Of a stretch of DNA of 64,000 bases, positions 40,262 to 50,119 are shown piece by piece. The translations under genes were made by a program, and so were the position numbers. Below the pieces are notes generated by a model. The model saw only the letters and a program-made list of their open reading frames with translations. It was not told the DNA's origin and ran no database searches. Source of the stretch: Tolypothrix carrinoi HA7290-LM1 (GTDB lineage: Bacteria; Cyanobacteriota; Cyanobacteriia; Cyanobacteriales; Nostocaceae); NCBI GenBank assembly GCA_019358935.1, contig JAHHIK010000016.1, positions 36,046 through 100,045 on the forward strand, in the 5' to 3' direction. Positions within the stretch are counted from its first letter, which is position 1. Every line of letters begins with the position of its first letter.

Positions 40262-40432
40262 TTAAGTTTGTCGTGCAGCTTTTCTAACAGTTTCCACATC
40301 TACCTCTAATATTTCTGCAATCTCCTGCAAACTTAATCCGCGTTGCAAAAGCTTGGGAACAACTTCTAGCTTACCTTCTTCCTTCGCTTCTTGATAAAGT
40401 CTCGTGTGCTTAATTAAGCTTAAATCTAGCAT
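40262..40432 (-). CDS. Stand-alone small Rpn C-terminal protein (RpnS-like, 56 aa)
   Basis: SD AAGGAG then ATG 40432; MLDLSLIKHTRLYQEAKEEGKLEVVPKLLQRGLSLQEIAEILEVDVETVRKAARQT; diverged copy of the C-terminus of the upstream Rpn. Confidence 0.78.
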   Translation of the reverse strand: MLDLSLIKHTRLYQEAKEEGKLEVVPKLLQRGLSLQEIAEILEVDVETVRKAARQT

Positions 40433-40477
40433 TGCTTCTATCTCCTTTCGACTTAAATGGAGTTTTGAGAAAAAATG

Positions 40478-41257
40478 TTAAGTTTGTCGTGCAGCTTTTC
40501 TAACAGTTTCTACATCTACCTCTAATATTTCTGCAATTTCCTGCAAACTTAATCCGCGTTGTAAAAGCTTGGGAACAACTTCTAGCTTACCTTCTTCCTT
40601 TCCTTCTTCCTTCGCTTCTTGATAAACCCTCGTGTGCTTAATGAAATCTAAATTTAGCATTGCTTCTATCTCCTCTCGACTTAAATTTGGAAACTTGTAA
40701 ACAAAAATAGTCTCTATAAATTCTAAAACTTTATCTTGGATAATGACATCTGTTAATTCTTCCCTAGCTTTGTTAACTAATTGTTTCGCAAATTGGATAG
40801 CATTATTCTGACTCTCGACAATTAACTTCAAAATTCCTAAACCTAAAGATGATGCAACTTCCTCAAGTTCATTTAGGTAAACGCATCGCAGATGCATTTC
40901 TCTTAAAGCGTGATAACGTGGTGGATATACGCTTTCGTTGCTGCGTTTATCATATATAACTATAGCGTACCAATCAGGGTTAGCCGGTTGGTATTGACTA
41001 AAGTAAAGGAAGATTCCCGTAAAAAGTCTGTCATAGAATTCTTCGTCTTTGTAAAACTGAACCTCTACAAAATAAATCGGTTCGTTAGAGAAGTTTTCTA
41101 AGGTTGAAAATACACCATCTAATCGAAAGCTGCGCTGTTTGATTTCTGGAGTTGTGAACTCGTAAATATTCGGGTTGGTTTGCGGTTTATTAATTAGTTC
41201 AAAGAAGATGTCAGGAAATTCTTTAAATAACTCGTAGAAAATTGCATCTGTTTTCAT
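40478..41257 (-). CDS. Rpn family recombination-promoting nuclease (DUF2887, PD-(D/E)XK)
   Basis: MKTDAIFYELF, RLDGV...FVEVQF, C-terminal EEGK + HTH-like tail; internal SD GAGGAG + ATG at 40660. Confidence 0.9.
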   Translation of the reverse strand: MKTDAIFYELFKEFPDIFFELINKPQTNPNIYEFTTPEIKQRSFRLDGVFSTLENFSNEPIYFVEVQFYKDEEFYDRLFTGIFLYFSQYQPANPDWYAIVIYDKRSNESVYPPRYHALREMHLRCVYLNELEEVASSLGLGILKLIVESQNNAIQFAKQLVNKAREELTDVIIQDKVLEFIETIFVYKFPNLSREEIEAMLNLDFIKHTRVYQEAKEEGKEEGKLEVVPKLLQRGLSLQEIAEILEVDVETVRKAARQT

Positions 41258-41410
41258 TTTTATCTAAGATGCTGTGCTGACATTGGCAAATATTTATTTT
41301 ATATCACTCGTTCCCAGGAACGGAAACCTAGGAATGCATTTTTAGATCGCGTTTGGCAAATTATACATAATTGTAGAGACGGGGATAGCAAAAGGTCTTT
41401 ACGACGGTTG

Positions 41411-41600
41411 CTAAATTTCGGCGATGATTTGCTGCACTCGTTGTAAACTAGTTTTATCCTGTCTTTGCGAATAGATTCTTACAGCTTGCTCAAAAGCTTG
41501 CTTTGCTTCGACTTTCTTTTTTAAACTTAACAAAGCGTTACCTTTATTTTCATGGATCTTCGGCAAAATTAGGATTGCGTTGAATTACGCGATCGCAATC
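41411..41600 (-). pseudogene. TPR protein 3' remnant with frameshift
   Basis: DRVIQRNPNFAE / HENKGNALLSLKKKVEAKQAFEQAVRIY in two frames; homology appears to begin near a HIP1 site. Confidence 0.55.
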
Positions 41601-41648
41601 TTTATAACTTAGCGCGTTCCGAGTTTAGCACTACTTAAATCAGCTTGT

Positions 41649-41708
41649 GCGATCGCCGAAGGCGGGCGCAAAGCGCGATCGCCGAAGGCGGGCGCAAAGC
41701 GCCATCGC
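41649..41708. repeat. Tandem 26-nt element embedded in HIP1 (SDR5-like)
   Basis: (GCGATCGCCGAAGGCGGGCGCAAAGC)x2 followed by GCCATCGC. Confidence 0.7.
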
Positions 41709-41935
41709 GCTTTTTTATCTTTCCACACTTAAGTATGAATGCATCTTGGTTGCATAGCAATACATGAACCTAAAAACTTAAGCGTCAGTATTACTGATGA
41801 CTTAACAGATATATTTGTTTTTTATCGCGTCTCGTCCACCCGAAAAAATTAAGATTGTTAATAAATATAAAAGCTCCACTCATGAAAGAGCAGAGCTTTA
41901 TTAACTTATTTTTACCAAACTTTACAGTCTTTAAC

Positions 41936-42040
41936 TTAGAACATATTCATGATAGTGATGACACTAGCGCTGGTCAGCATAACTAAAACGCCCATCAACA
42001 AAGACTCTTTCAATGGGTTGGAAGATTTTGAATCGTTCAT
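41936..42040 (-). CDS. Small single-TM protein (34 aa, MNDSKSSNPLKESLLMGVLVMLTSASVITIMNMF)
   Basis: Clean ATG..TAA ORF with a hydrophobic helix; not in the ORF track. Confidence 0.45.
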   Translation of the reverse strand: MNDSKSSNPLKESLLMGVLVMLTSASVITIMNMF

Positions 42041-42169
42041 AATTAGTACAGTTTTTTATTTCTAAGGATTTTCTAAAGATATCAGTATAGGTATATATAT
42101 CAATCAAATCAGAGTAAAACTTAAAATACTGTAAACTATCTTAATAAATGCAAGAGTGTTTGCTGAGAA

Positions 42170-42330
42170 ATGGGGAATGGGGAATGGGTAATTGGTAATT
42201 GGTAATGGGGAATGGGTAATGGGTAATGGGTAATGGGTAATGGGTAATGGGTAATGGGTAATGGGTAATAGAAAGAAATGTCCCCCTTGTCCCCCTTGTC
42301 CCCCTTGTCCCCCTTGTCCCCCACTCCCCC
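42170..42330. repeat. STRR (GGGTAAT)n and 9-mer (TGTCCCCCT)n arrays
   Basis: Visible tandem periodicity. Confidence 0.85.
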
Positions 42331-42439
42331 TCGGTAGTAATTTCCGAATCTTGTAAATACCTTATTACCTACCGGGAAAGGTGTCTTGATAATGTAAAAT
42401 AAATCTTAAGCAAGGTAGAAATCATTCAACTAAAAAATT

Positions 42440-43168
42440 ATGACAACCGCTTCCAGGGAATTTGCAAGTAAAATTGACAACTTTGACTTAGAGCAACTAA
42501 ACAAGCAATTTGAAACCGCGCATCCCAAAGACATTTTGGCATGGTCACAAGAAAATATTCCAACTGGACTAGTGCAAACCAGCGCTTTTAACGTGGATGA
42601 CTTGGTTATTACCCACATTCTTTACAGTGAACTCAAGCATCCAGTCCCAGTAATATTTCTGGACACGCTGTATCACTTTCCGGAAACCCTGGAACTAGTT
42701 GCTAAAGCCAAAGAACTATACAATCTCGATCTCAAAACTTACAAAACTCCCGATATAGATAGCCGCGAAGCCTTTACAGCTAAATACGGCGAAGCACTTT
42801 GGGACACAGATATTACGCAATTTCACAATGTAACAAAAATAGAACCGCTGCAACGTGGTTTAGACGAACTAAACACAGTTGCTTGGATTACAGGTCGTCG
42901 TCGTGACCAAGCCGTAACTCGTGCTAATATGCCTGTATTTGAATTAGATAACCAGGGACGCCTGAAAGTTAATCCCCTGGCTGCATGGACGCGCAAAGAT
43001 AGCTGGGCTTACGTTGCTGAACACGGCGTTATTTACAACCCCCTACACGATCAAGGTTATCCCAGTATCGGTGACGAACCGATTACCACCAAAGTAGGCG
43101 AAGGCGAAGACGAACGCGCTGGACGCTGGCGGGGTATGGGTAAGACTGAGTGTGGTATACATATTTAA
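42440..43168 (+). CDS. cysH: Phosphoadenosine phosphosulfate reductase
   Basis: FLDTLYHFPET, WITGRRRDQ, GYPSIGD, ERAGRW, ECGIH. Confidence 0.95.
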   Translation: MTTASREFASKIDNFDLEQLNKQFETAHPKDILAWSQENIPTGLVQTSAFNVDDLVITHILYSELKHPVPVIFLDTLYHFPETLELVAKAKELYNLDLKTYKTPDIDSREAFTAKYGEALWDTDITQFHNVTKIEPLQRGLDELNTVAWITGRRRDQAVTRANMPVFELDNQGRLKVNPLAAWTRKDSWAYVAEHGVIYNPLHDQGYPSIGDEPITTKVGEGEDERAGRWRGMGKTECGIHI

Positions 43169-43285
43169 TGGGTAATGGGGCATAGGGAATGGGTAATGGG
43201 TAATGGGGAATGGGAAAAGAAAGATTACCAATTACCAATTACCAATTACCAATTACCAATTACCAATTACCAATTACCAATTACC
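43168..43285. repeat. STRR arrays (GGGTAAT)n / (ATTACCA)n in inverted arrangement
   Basis: Visible heptamers between cysH and sbcD. Confidence 0.8.
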
Positions 43286-43286
43286 T

Positions 43287-44537
43287 ATGATTAAAATCCT
43301 TCACCTCTCCGATATCCATATGGGAAGCGGTTTCTCCCACGGACGCATTAATCCAGAAACGGGATTGAGTACACGGTTGGAGGATTTTGTCAAGACTTTA
43401 TCTCGATGTATCGATCGCGCGTTAACAGATCCGGTGGATATGGTGATATTCGGTGGCGACGCCTTCCCGGATGCGACACCGCCACCATATGTGCAAGAAG
43501 CTTTTGCCAGTCAGTTTCGCCGCCTCGTGGATGCTAATATACCCACAGTGCTGCTGGTGGGAAACCATGACCAACATTCCCAAGGACAGGGAGGCGCGAG
43601 TTTATGTATTTACCGCACCTTGGGAGTGCGCGGTTTTGTTGTCGGTGATACCTTAACTACTCACCACATCCAAACCCGCAATGGAAGCGTGCAAGTTATG
43701 ACTTTACCTTGGCTGACACGTTCAACGTTGATGACGCGCCAAGATACTGATAATTTATCACTTGCGGAAGTCAACCAGCTATTAACAGAACGCTTGCGAG
43801 TAGTTTTAGAAGGAGAAATTCGCCGTTTAGATCCGGATGTGCCAACTGTGCTTTTAGCTCACTTAATGGCTGATAATGCGACTTTAGGAGCCGAGCGTTT
43901 TTTGGCTGTAGGTAAAGGCTTTACTCTGCCATTATCTTTGTTAACGCGACCTTGTTTTGATTATGTGGCATTGGGACACGTCCACAAACATCAAAATCTG
44001 AATAAATCTAACGATCCGCCGGTAATTTATCCGGGAAGTATTGAGCGGGTGGATTTTAGTGAAGAAAAAGAAGATAAAGGTTATGTGATGATAGAATTGG
44101 AGCGGGGTAACGCTGAATGGGAATTTTGCCGTTTGGATGTGCGGACTTTCCGGACAATTGAAGTAGATGTATCCAAGGCAGAAGAACCGCAGGGAGTTAT
44201 CATGAAAGCGATCGCCAAACATGATATTCAAGACGCAGTAGTTAGACTCATTTACAAACTTCGCTCCGAACAGTTGGATCTAATTGATAACGCTTCACTG
44301 CATAATGCTTTAACTCAAGCGCACACCTACACCGTTCAACCAGAATTAGTCAGTCAATTGGCTCGTCCCCGCATTCCCGAACTGAGTGCGAGTAGTAGCA
44401 TCGATCCGATGTCAGCCTTAAAAACTTATTTGGATAATCGCGAAGACTTGAAAGACATCGCAGCATCTATGTTAGAAGCAGCAGACAAGTTGCTTGCAGA
44501 CGATGTAGAAGTCTGGCTCGAAAAAGCAACTAATTAG
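43287..44537 (+). CDS. sbcD: Exonuclease SbcCD subunit D
   Basis: HLSDIH, GGDAF, VGNHD, ALGHVH, YPGSIERVDFSEE; start 43287 (the ORF-track extension is STRR). Confidence 0.93.
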   Translation: MIKILHLSDIHMGSGFSHGRINPETGLSTRLEDFVKTLSRCIDRALTDPVDMVIFGGDAFPDATPPPYVQEAFASQFRRLVDANIPTVLLVGNHDQHSQGQGGASLCIYRTLGVRGFVVGDTLTTHHIQTRNGSVQVMTLPWLTRSTLMTRQDTDNLSLAEVNQLLTERLRVVLEGEIRRLDPDVPTVLLAHLMADNATLGAERFLAVGKGFTLPLSLLTRPCFDYVALGHVHKHQNLNKSNDPPVIYPGSIERVDFSEEKEDKGYVMIELERGNAEWEFCRLDVRTFRTIEVDVSKAEEPQGVIMKAIAKHDIQDAVVRLIYKLRSEQLDLIDNASLHNALTQAHTYTVQPELVSQLARPRIPELSASSSIDPMSALKTYLDNREDLKDIAASMLEAADKLLADDVEVWLEKATN

Positions 44538-44995
44538 GGGAGTGGGCATGGGGCCCTATCGCAATGGGCATAGGGCATGGGGCATGGGGCATGGGGCATA
44601 GGGCATAGGGCATGGGGCATGGGGCATGGGGCATGGGGCATGGGGCATGGGGCATGGGGCATGGGGATTTTAAAGAGGGGAAAAGGGAAAGGGGGTTCAT
44701 GGGAAGGGGGAGGGGACTCATGTTAAAGGGTAAAGGGAAAATGTTGAAATATTTTAAAATAATTCGACTGATTTTAAATGACTCCACCCCCTTTCCCCTT
44801 TCCCCAATCATAGGCAGGTGCTACAACTTTCTCGGCAGCTTTTCGGGGGAAGCTTAAGAGCGAAAACGTGCCTTGGGAAAATACGCAACGCACTGCCTCC
44901 CCTTTCCCCCTCTTAAAAACCCCTTTTCCCTTTTCCCTTTACCCTTTCCCCCTCTTGATATGCCCATTGCCCATTGCCCATTGCCCAATGCCCAT
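44537..44995. repeat. Large nested inverted-repeat element (STRR arms + GGGGAAA/TTTCCCC arms)
   Basis: (GGGCATG)n-GGGGATTTTAAAGAGGGG...CCCCCTCTTAAAAACCCC-(TGCCCAT)n. Confidence 0.75.
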
Positions 44996-45117
44996 TTCAA
45001 TTGAAAATATTTCAACTATTGCTCAGAAATCTGCCAAAATTGCAATATTCATTGCTCAGTGCTTAGTTTTTGACTTTCACAGAACAATGACCAAAACCTT
45101 TTTCAGGTGGACGTTGT

Positions 45118-46953
45118 ATGTCCTTCTACCCTCAATTCAAGCAATTTTTACTCGGTAAAACATTACCAACCAGCGCTCATGCTGAAGAAAGATTAAGCAA
45201 TGCTGCGGCTTTAGCGGTTCTTTCCTCCGATGCTCTTTCCTCGGTTGCTTACGCGACAGAAGAGATTCTGCTAATTTTAGTAACCGCAGGAAGCAGCGCT
45301 CTCGGTTTGTCTGTACCTATTGCTGTAGCAATTATCTTACTGTTGGGAATAGTCATACTTTCCTATAGACAAACCATTCGCGCTTATCCCAAAGGTGGCG
45401 GATCGTATATCGTAGCCAGAGAAAACCTCGGTCTTTATCCCGGACTGGTGGCTGGAGGTTCGCTGATGATTGATTATATCCTCACTGTTACCGTCAGTGT
45501 ATCTGCTGGTACAGCTGCTTTGACTTCATTAGTTCCAGCACTGCTACCCTATACAGTCAGCCTTTGCTTGATTTTTATTTTTTTGTTGACACTGGCAAAT
45601 CTCCGGGGTGTAAAGGAATCAGGCAATATTTTTATGGCTCCTACTTATGCCTTTATTGCCAGTATTTTTGTGTTGATTGGTCTTGGTTTGTTTAAACAAG
45701 CTACTGGACAACCTGTCACAGAATATCCTACCCTTCCTGTACAAGAAGGAGTCAGTTTGTTTTTCATTTTGCGAGCTTTTGCTGCTGGATGTACAGCGCT
45801 GACGGGAGTAGAAGCAATATCCGATGGCGTTTTGGCTTTTAAGGAACCAGAGTGGAAAAATGCCCGTCTCACATTGCTTTTCTTGGGGATAATTCTGGGG
45901 TTAATGTTTGTGGGAATCACCTACTTGTCGAACGTTTATCACGTTGTTCCCAGACACGGAGAAACTTTAGTTTCTCAGTTGGGTAAGTTGCTGGTTGGCA
46001 ATGGACCATTTTACGGTTTTATCCAAATCGTCACTTTGTTGATTTTACTTTTAGCGGCGAATACCAGTTATGCAGACTTTCCCAGACTAAGTTACTTTTT
46101 GGCAAAGGATGGATTTTTGCCACGACAATTAGCATTATTAGGCGATCGCTTAGTCTACTCTAACGGTATCATCCTTCTCAGCCTGTGTGCTGCGGTTTTG
46201 GTGATTGTCTTCAAAGGGGAAGTTAGCGCCATTATTCCTCTGTACGCAGTCGGTGTATTTACTTCGTTTACCCTTTCGCAAGCGGGGATGGTACGTCGCT
46301 GGTTTACAAATCGCGAACGCGGTTGGCAAGCAAGTGCTTTGATGAATGGTTTGGGAGCGATCGCTACACTAGTTGTTCTTGGCGTCATCGTCTCAACTAA
46401 GTTTCTCTTAGGTGCTTGGTTGGTAGTTGTAGCGATTCCTTTGGTGGTGTGGCTATTTTTGGCGATTCACCGTCACTATGAATATGTAGCCGAACGTCTC
46501 AGCATTCAAGGATTACCACCGCGTAGCTATGTTCCCAGACCGAAACCAGCAGTCGTGACTCACCCCGCAGTGGTTGTAGTCGGACAACTTAATCGAGGAA
46601 CGGTAGAAGCTTTAGACTACGCACGCACCATTGCTGATGAAATTGTAGCCGTTCATGTAGACCTTAATTCTACAGATCGAGAAAAGCTGCAAGAAAAATG
46701 GCGAAATTTAGAATCAGATATTCCTTTAGAAATCATCGATTCACCCTATCGCTCTGTAATTGAGCCAATTGTTGATTTTGTCGCACAGTTTGAAGAACAA
46801 CATCAAGGTGTTTTTACAACCGTAATTATTCCGGCTTTTGTCACTCGCAATTGGTGGGATAGTCTTTTACACAACCAAACAACTTTGTTCTTAAAAACAG
46901 CTTTAAGAGCTAAACAAAGTCGCGTTATTACCACCGTCAGGTATTACCTGTAA
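45118..46953 (+). CDS. APC family permease (KimA/YdaO-like K+ transporter)
   Basis: LSSDALSSVAYATEE, DYILTVTVS, GCTALTGVEAIS, cytoplasmic C-domain SPYRS...LLHNQT. Confidence 0.85.
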   Translation: MSFYPQFKQFLLGKTLPTSAHAEERLSNAAALAVLSSDALSSVAYATEEILLILVTAGSSALGLSVPIAVAIILLLGIVILSYRQTIRAYPKGGGSYIVARENLGLYPGLVAGGSLMIDYILTVTVSVSAGTAALTSLVPALLPYTVSLCLIFIFLLTLANLRGVKESGNIFMAPTYAFIASIFVLIGLGLFKQATGQPVTEYPTLPVQEGVSLFFILRAFAAGCTALTGVEAISDGVLAFKEPEWKNARLTLLFLGIILGLMFVGITYLSNVYHVVPRHGETLVSQLGKLLVGNGPFYGFIQIVTLLILLLAANTSYADFPRLSYFLAKDGFLPRQLALLGDRLVYSNGIILLSLCAAVLVIVFKGEVSAIIPLYAVGVFTSFTLSQAGMVRRWFTNRERGWQASALMNGLGAIATLVVLGVIVSTKFLLGAWLVVVAIPLVVWLFLAIHRHYEYVAERLSIQGLPPRSYVPRPKPAVVTHPAVVVVGQLNRGTVEALDYARTIADEIVAVHVDLNSTDREKLQEKWRNLESDIPLEIIDSPYRSVIEPIVDFVAQFEEQHQGVFTTVIIPAFVTRNWWDSLLHNQTTLFLKTALRAKQSRVITTVRYYL

Positions 46954-46975
46954 TATCCTTTCACGTTGTCAAATT

Positions 46976-47004
46976 GTAGAGACGTTCCACTGGAACGTCT
47001 CTAC
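46976..47004. repeat. GTAG-type REP-like palindrome
   Basis: GTAGAGACGTTCC-ACT-GGAACGTCTCTAC. Confidence 0.8.
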
Positions 47005-47399
47005 GACAATTCATGATATTACATATAATATCTCTAAAGATAGGGATAATTTGTATCAAGCATGGCAATGTGATTAGCAAACAATTTTAGTTTTATTTAA
47101 TTGTCAAAGATTATATTTTTTGATATATTCATTGTTTGCAGTCAAAGAAATTATATTAACTAAAGATAAAATGTAATTTTCCTAACTTTGTTTGAAATTG
47201 ATTTTGTTTAAAATGTCTTATTTTAGTTAGTTAAATCAGATTTAAAAAACTAGTAAAAATATTTTAAAAGCCTGCTAATTAAAGAACTTGGGACTAAAGT
47301 CTCAAACTTTTGGAGTGCAATTATGACTAAAGGCACTACAGTCAGCAAAACGAATCACCTAATATAGAAAATATCGAGAGTTAATAGGATTTCAGTTGG

Positions 47400-48218
47400 A
47401 TGTCATATATGAACACCACATACCAAAATCAGCAGAAACAAACTGCTCTTATTACTGGTGCATCCAGTGGAATCGGTTACGAATTAGCCTGCATATTTGC
47501 GGAAGATGGCTACAATCTTGTATTAGTTGACAAGCAAAAAGAAAAACTTACGCAAATCGCTGAGGAATTTCCGCCAAAATTTGGCATTTATGTGAAAATT
47601 CTTGCCAAGGATTTATCCAAACCAATATCTAGAGAAGAAATTTTTTCCGAGTTACAACAATGCTATATTAAGGTTGATGTTTTGGTGAATAATGCGGGAT
47701 TTGGGACTTATGGATTATTTCACCAAACCGATATTAACGCTGAATTGGATATGATACAAGTAAATGCAGCGTGTATCACTCATTTAACAAAGTTATTTGT
47801 CAAGGACATGGTAAAGCAGGGTTATGGGAGAATATTAAATGTTGCCTCAACTGCTGCTTTTCAACCAGGACCGATGATGGCGGTTTATTTTGCGACGAAA
47901 GCTTATGTATTATCATTTTCGGAAGCGATCGCTAATGAATTAGAAAATACAGGTGTCACCGTGACTGTTCTTTGTCCAGGACCCACAGCAACGGGATTTC
48001 AACAAGCAGCAGCGATGGAAAAAGCTAAAATCGCTAGTTCTGGACGAATGATGGATACACGAACTGTAGCCGAAATTGGCTATCGCGGTTTAATGGCAAA
48101 GAAAACTGTTGTCATTCCGGGAATTAGAAATAAAATACTCGCTCAATCGATTAGATATTCTCCCAGAAAGCTTGTGGCAAAGATAGTCAGAGATATGCAT
48201 GAGGCAAAACATAAGTAA
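47400..48218 (+). CDS. Short-chain dehydrogenase/reductase
   Basis: TGASSGIG, VNNAGFG, YFATK. Confidence 0.92.
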   Translation: MSYMNTTYQNQQKQTALITGASSGIGYELACIFAEDGYNLVLVDKQKEKLTQIAEEFPPKFGIYVKILAKDLSKPISREEIFSELQQCYIKVDVLVNNAGFGTYGLFHQTDINAELDMIQVNAACITHLTKLFVKDMVKQGYGRILNVASTAAFQPGPMMAVYFATKAYVLSFSEAIANELENTGVTVTVLCPGPTATGFQQAAAMEKAKIASSGRMMDTRTVAEIGYRGLMAKKTVVIPGIRNKILAQSIRYSPRKLVAKIVRDMHEAKHK

Positions 48219-48310
48219 TATTTTTGACTATTGAGCTACTCAAACCGGGATGTATGGTGTTAGGCTTGGGTATTCAAATCTACATATTTAGCTGTGTAAA
48301 TCCTAATACC

Positions 48311-48559
48311 ATGTCTAAGTTATTATTTGCAACTTTAATAACCGCCGTAGTGCTAACATCCACTCAGCACCTAAGCCCTACTTATGCGGGAACCTGTGCC
48401 TCTAAATGTGGTTCTCCCCCTCTTCAATTTACACCCGGTAAACACATTCGGCTGGAAGTGATAAATAGCACGCCAAAGTTAATAAAACTAGAGAAAATAC
48501 GCGGAACGAATGCAATTACTTTGCAACCCGGACAGAAATTACAATTAGACCAGGGAGAC
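48311..48559 (+). pseudogene. Secreted hypothetical protein truncated by an STRR array
   Basis: Signal peptide + AGTCASKCG..LQFTPG; the frame runs into (GQGAGSR)n from 48560. Confidence 0.6.
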
Positions 48560-48674
48560 GGGCAGGGGGCAGGGGGCAGGGGGCAGGGGGCAGGGAGCAG
48601 GGGGCAGGGGGCAGGGAGCAGGGGGCAGGGGGCAGGGAGCAGGGGGCAGGGGGCAGGGAGCAGGGGGCAGGGGG
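48560..48674. repeat. STRR (GGGGCAG/GGAGCAG)n, left arm
   Basis: Heptamer array, reverse complement of 50470-50585. Confidence 0.88.
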
Positions 48675-48795
48675 AATTAGCGCTTCAAAAGCCAAGGTGA
48701 TGGATTGTTGATCATGGTTACTAGTAGATATTAATTGACGATTGCCGGATAATTTTTCAGGGATTGGCCATCACAAAACCGGAAAAGGGGGGGCA

Positions 48796-50119
48796 ATGGA
48801 ACGACCAAGGTATATCGTGCGGCTCAGTACAGAAGAACGGGCAGAATTGGAAAGCATCGTCAAAAAGGGGAAAGGGAGCGCACACAAGATTCGTAACGCA
48901 CAAAGAAAGCTGCATAGCGATGTGAATGGAGAACGTCTGACGGTAGAGGCGATCGCAAAACTGCTTCATTGCCATAAGGATACCGTCTGCGAAGCCCGCA
49001 AACGCTTTGTGACACGTGGCTTTACGGGTGCCTTGGAGCGCAAGAAACAAGATCGCCTGTCGGTAGAGCCGTTATTTGATGGAGCAGCCGAAGCGCGATT
49101 GATCGCTTTGGCCTGTGGTAGCCCACCGGAGGGGCGTGCCCGGTGGACGCTGCAACTGTTGTCAGACAAAGTGGTGGAACTGCAAATTGTTCGGCATTGT
49201 ACGGCCAACACCATCCATGAAGTGCTAAAAAAAACGAACTCAAGCCGCATTTACGGCAATGTTGGGTCATTCCCCCAGAGCAGGATGCCGATTTCGTAGC
49301 GGCGATGGAAGATGTGCTGGAGGTTTATCATCGTCCTTATGACGCCGACTATCCAGTGGTATGTATGGATGAGCAGCCCATCCAGCTTACCAAAGAGACA
49401 CGCATACCCCTGCCTGTGGAACCAGGAAAACCGAAACGGTATGACCATGAATATGAGCGAAACGGTACCGCAAGCATTTTTATGTTTACCGAACCAAAAG
49501 CTGGAAAACGCACTGTTTCCGCACGCGAACAGCGCACGATGACCGACTGGGCACAACAAATAAAGTACCTGCTCGATGAGCAATATCCAAACGCGAAAAA
49601 GGTTGTGCTGGTTTGTGATAACCTTAACACCCACAAACCAGCGGCACTTTACAAAGCCTTTAAGCCGGAAGAGGCACGCCGACTGCTCGCCCGCCTGGAA
49701 ATTCATCATACCCCAAAACATGGCTCGTGGCTGAACATGGCCGAAATAGAACTCGCCGCCCTGACCAAGCCCCGTTGGGGCGGGGTGTAGGGTATGGGGT
49801 GTGGGGTGTGGGGGAAGAGATAGCCCCAACAACCAGTGGGTCACAAGCCCCATTCTTTAGGACGATTGCGTTGGTCGGGGTTTCAAGCCCTGACCAACGC
49901 CGTCAACGAGACCTGCAACCCTAACCATGCAACCCCACACCCTTCTTGTTGACACGACAATGTCTCGACCGTCGCATCCCCGATCTTCAAACCCTGCAAT
50001 CCGAACTCGTCGCTTGGAACGTGACTAGAGACGTTGCCGCCACAAAAATCAACTGGCAATTCACTACCAATGACGCACGCTTAAAGCTCAAACGCCTATA
50101 TCCGGTTATCGACGATTAG
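48796..50119 (+). pseudogene. IS630 transposase (orfA/orfB, -1 frameshift), interrupted
   Basis: HTH orfA; A8C slippery site 49227-49235; DDE residues MDE, CDN, AEIE; C-terminus TRQCLDRRIP...LKRLYP resumes after 49953. Confidence 0.88.
49766..49953. mobile_element. 188-bp non-autonomous element inserted after TGAC in the IS630 transposase
   Basis: CTGAC|CAAGCCCC...GTTGAC|ACGA; removal restores CTG ACA CGA CAA TGT (L-T-R-Q-C); internal hairpins. Confidence 0.8.

Noticed and set aside
43203..43286. N-terminal ITNYQLP extension of SbcD
   Set aside because: It is an STRR; the family-typical start is MIKILHLSD at 43287
44800..45117. c-di-AMP (ydaO) riboswitch upstream of the KimA-like permease
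   Set aside because: I could not find the conserved riboswitch motifs; the region is explained by repeats. An Rfam scan would be decisive
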